In this document: positions 49,921-51,660 of the stretch, in pieces | Layout of the letters: each line of letters starts with the position of its first letter | How positions within the stretch are numbered: position 1 is the stretch's first letter | From: Aplysia californica | Taxonomy: Eukaryota | Direction: 5' to 3' | DNA: 51,660 bases | Assembly (NCBI RefSeq): GCF_000002075.1 | Contig: NW_004797311.1 | Coordinates: 1,581,517-1,633,176, forward strand | Notes under the pieces: generated by a model | The model's database searches: none | Told to the model about the DNA's origin: nothing | The model's input: the letters and a program-made list of their open reading frames with translations, nothing else | Program-made: the position numbers and the translations under genes

Positions 49921-50635
49921 GTTTGAACCATAATTTTTTTTATAAGCGTGATCTAGATCTAATGAGACCTGTGTACTCAACAGGTTTCGGTAAGGCCTTA
50001 CCTAAGTCCTTAGAAGTTTAAGTACACGGCTAGCCATAAATCGAAAATATATCCATCATCCATCTTGTCAAGTAGGCCTAGATCTATGATCAGTTCTTTT
50101 CGGGAAGGCTATCTACATCTAGATCTAGTGGTAGACCTACTACTAGATCTAGATCTATCAACATCCACACTGGATCAGGTTGAAAATAAATCCTGACAAC
50201 GATGAGCAAACGCCAAGTGTGTTTCTCTATGATTGACAAACCAAATGAACCAACTTGAACTGTGAACAAAAAAGCGGTGATCTTATACTTTAGCACGTTA
50301 AATTCCCAAAGCCAAAGTCTACTAATCCCCGACTCAGATCTTCAAAACTTTGAACTGGCCTTAAAATGCGCAAACTACCGTAATTTTGTCATGGATAGAT
50401 GGTAAATAACATTGGATTTTGGTCTTCTATCATGATTTTTGGAAGCCATAATTAATGAGTAAAATCAAGATCTAGAGTCTAGATCTAGATTTAAAAGTGG
50501 TCGCTCGTTACGGAAGTCCTCAATTGATGAAGAATTTAACATGCTAAAGGCTAAAGTATAAGATTACCAAAAAAGCAAACATCATTCCGACATGATGTCG
50601 TTTCACTTCGATTTCATGGTTAGAAATCTTCCAAA

Positions 50636-50700
50636 TCTAGATCTAGAATTGATCTAGATCTAGATCTAGATCTAGATCTAGATATCTAGATTTAGATCTA
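50636..50700. repeat. Palindromic (TAGATC)n hexamer array
   Basis: TCTAGATCTAGAATTGATCTAGATCTAGATCTAGATCTAGATCTAGATATCTAGATTTAGATCTA. Confidence 0.95.
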
Positions 50701-50893
50701 CACTACACTATGCCAAGTTACATTTTTTTATGAACTGTAAAGCTACCTGGCGGTCCGATGAGTCAGGGGTAACTTTACAACGAACTACAAACTGCAAGAG
50801 GCAACGTTAAGTCAAGCAAAGATAAAGATCAAGGCTATGGCTAAAGCAACTTAGAGAGGAATTTCGAAGTCTAGATTCTAGGTCTTTGGAAAT

Positions 50894-51059
50894 ACTTCCG
50901 TAACGAGCGACCACCCCATCAAACACAATAAAGAAGAGCCAGAGGCCTAGACCTAACGCTACCCCTAACCCTACCCCTACCCTTACTCCTACCCCTACCC
51001 CTACCCCAAGCCCTCAATTCTGCTCTGTCTCATAGTGGTCGCTCGTTACGGAAGTCCTC
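50894..51059. mobile_element. Inverted-repeat element with telomere-like (CCCTAM)n core (Helentron/HINE-like)
   Basis: Perfect 21-bp IR ACTTCCGTAACGAGCGACCAC (50894-50914) / GTGGTCGCTCGTTACGGAAGT (51035-51055) flanking CCCTAA/CCCTAC repeats; third motif copy at 50497-50517. Confidence 0.55.
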
Positions 51060-51660
51060 CCAGGTCTTTTCTTAGACAACGGGGTCTTTCTTTGATGTAA
51101 TTTAGATCTACCTAAATGATGGCGTTCCTTACAATGATTACTCACCTCTAGTTTTGACGTCAGAGTCAGGAGCAACAAATGAGCGTCTTTATGATTCAAA
51201 AAGCGTGCTAAAATTTTGTGCACTTTTCGCAACCACCCAGAGTTCACAGACCTCTGCTGCGGACTGTCTAAAGATAAAGACTAGAATCTAATACAGATCT
51301 AGATTTAGGCCTACTGAACTGAAATTGAAAATCGCGGCATTCTCCAATGCGCCTAGATAGTAGAGTGTGAGTGGCGAGTGGCGATGAGTCCGACAACAAT
51401 CCTATTTTGAAACTGCAAAACTGTCTTCCAGGCACACCCCTTCTTTTGGTTAACTCCGGTTTTACCAGAGCTGGTTTTACTTAGAAGAGAGGCTAGCACT
51501 TGCGGCTAGCTGCAGCCCCGTCAGCCAGAAGCTGATTGGCTGCGGTAGGCTAGTGGTAAATATTGTGTTGGGCCTATGATTCCAGTTTTAGCAGTTTGGA
51601 AACTTCTGAAACAGTGCTATAAATATATGAATCCTAATCTACCTATTCCAGTACGGAGCT

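Noticed and set aside
50496-51059. Repeat-spacer-like pattern suggesting CRISPR, or a true telomere
   Set aside because: Only three motif copies in mixed orientation with long irregular spacing, in a eukaryotic context; the CCCTAM tract is short, degenerate and interstitial.
51014-51247. 77-aa ORF with an internal GAG|GTGAGT donor as a possible upstream ARL14EP coding exon
   Set aside because: No ATG start and no recognisable similarity; it may be a UTR exon but is unsupported.

Overview
AT-rich draft-assembly eukaryotic DNA with five N gaps. It is from an invertebrate animal; a mollusc/gastropod is an inference from the repeat landscape. Three spliced genes lie on the minus strand: (1) the first coding exon of a ZNF653-like gene that runs off the left edge; (2) a ~880-900 aa protein with a long Ser-rich N-terminal region and six C2H2 zinc fingers; (3) a compact ARL14EP-like gene (162 aa, three coding exons). 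The rest is dense with decayed mobile DNA: Tc1 remnants, four TA-flanked MITE families, a piggyBac-type element, a Sola1-like element, an 8-bp-TSD MITE, tRNA-derived SINEs, RTE fragments and an RT+RNase H LINE, several of them nested. The most unusual signal is a strong excess of TA-GRYC-TA octamers (TAGATCTA, TAGGCCTA, TAGACCTA/TAGGTCTA) clustered at the three putative promoters. One paralogous repeat comparison shows an empty TA site converted to TA-GATC-TA, which suggests transposon excision footprints accumulating in open chromatin. All alignments and counts were made by eye.
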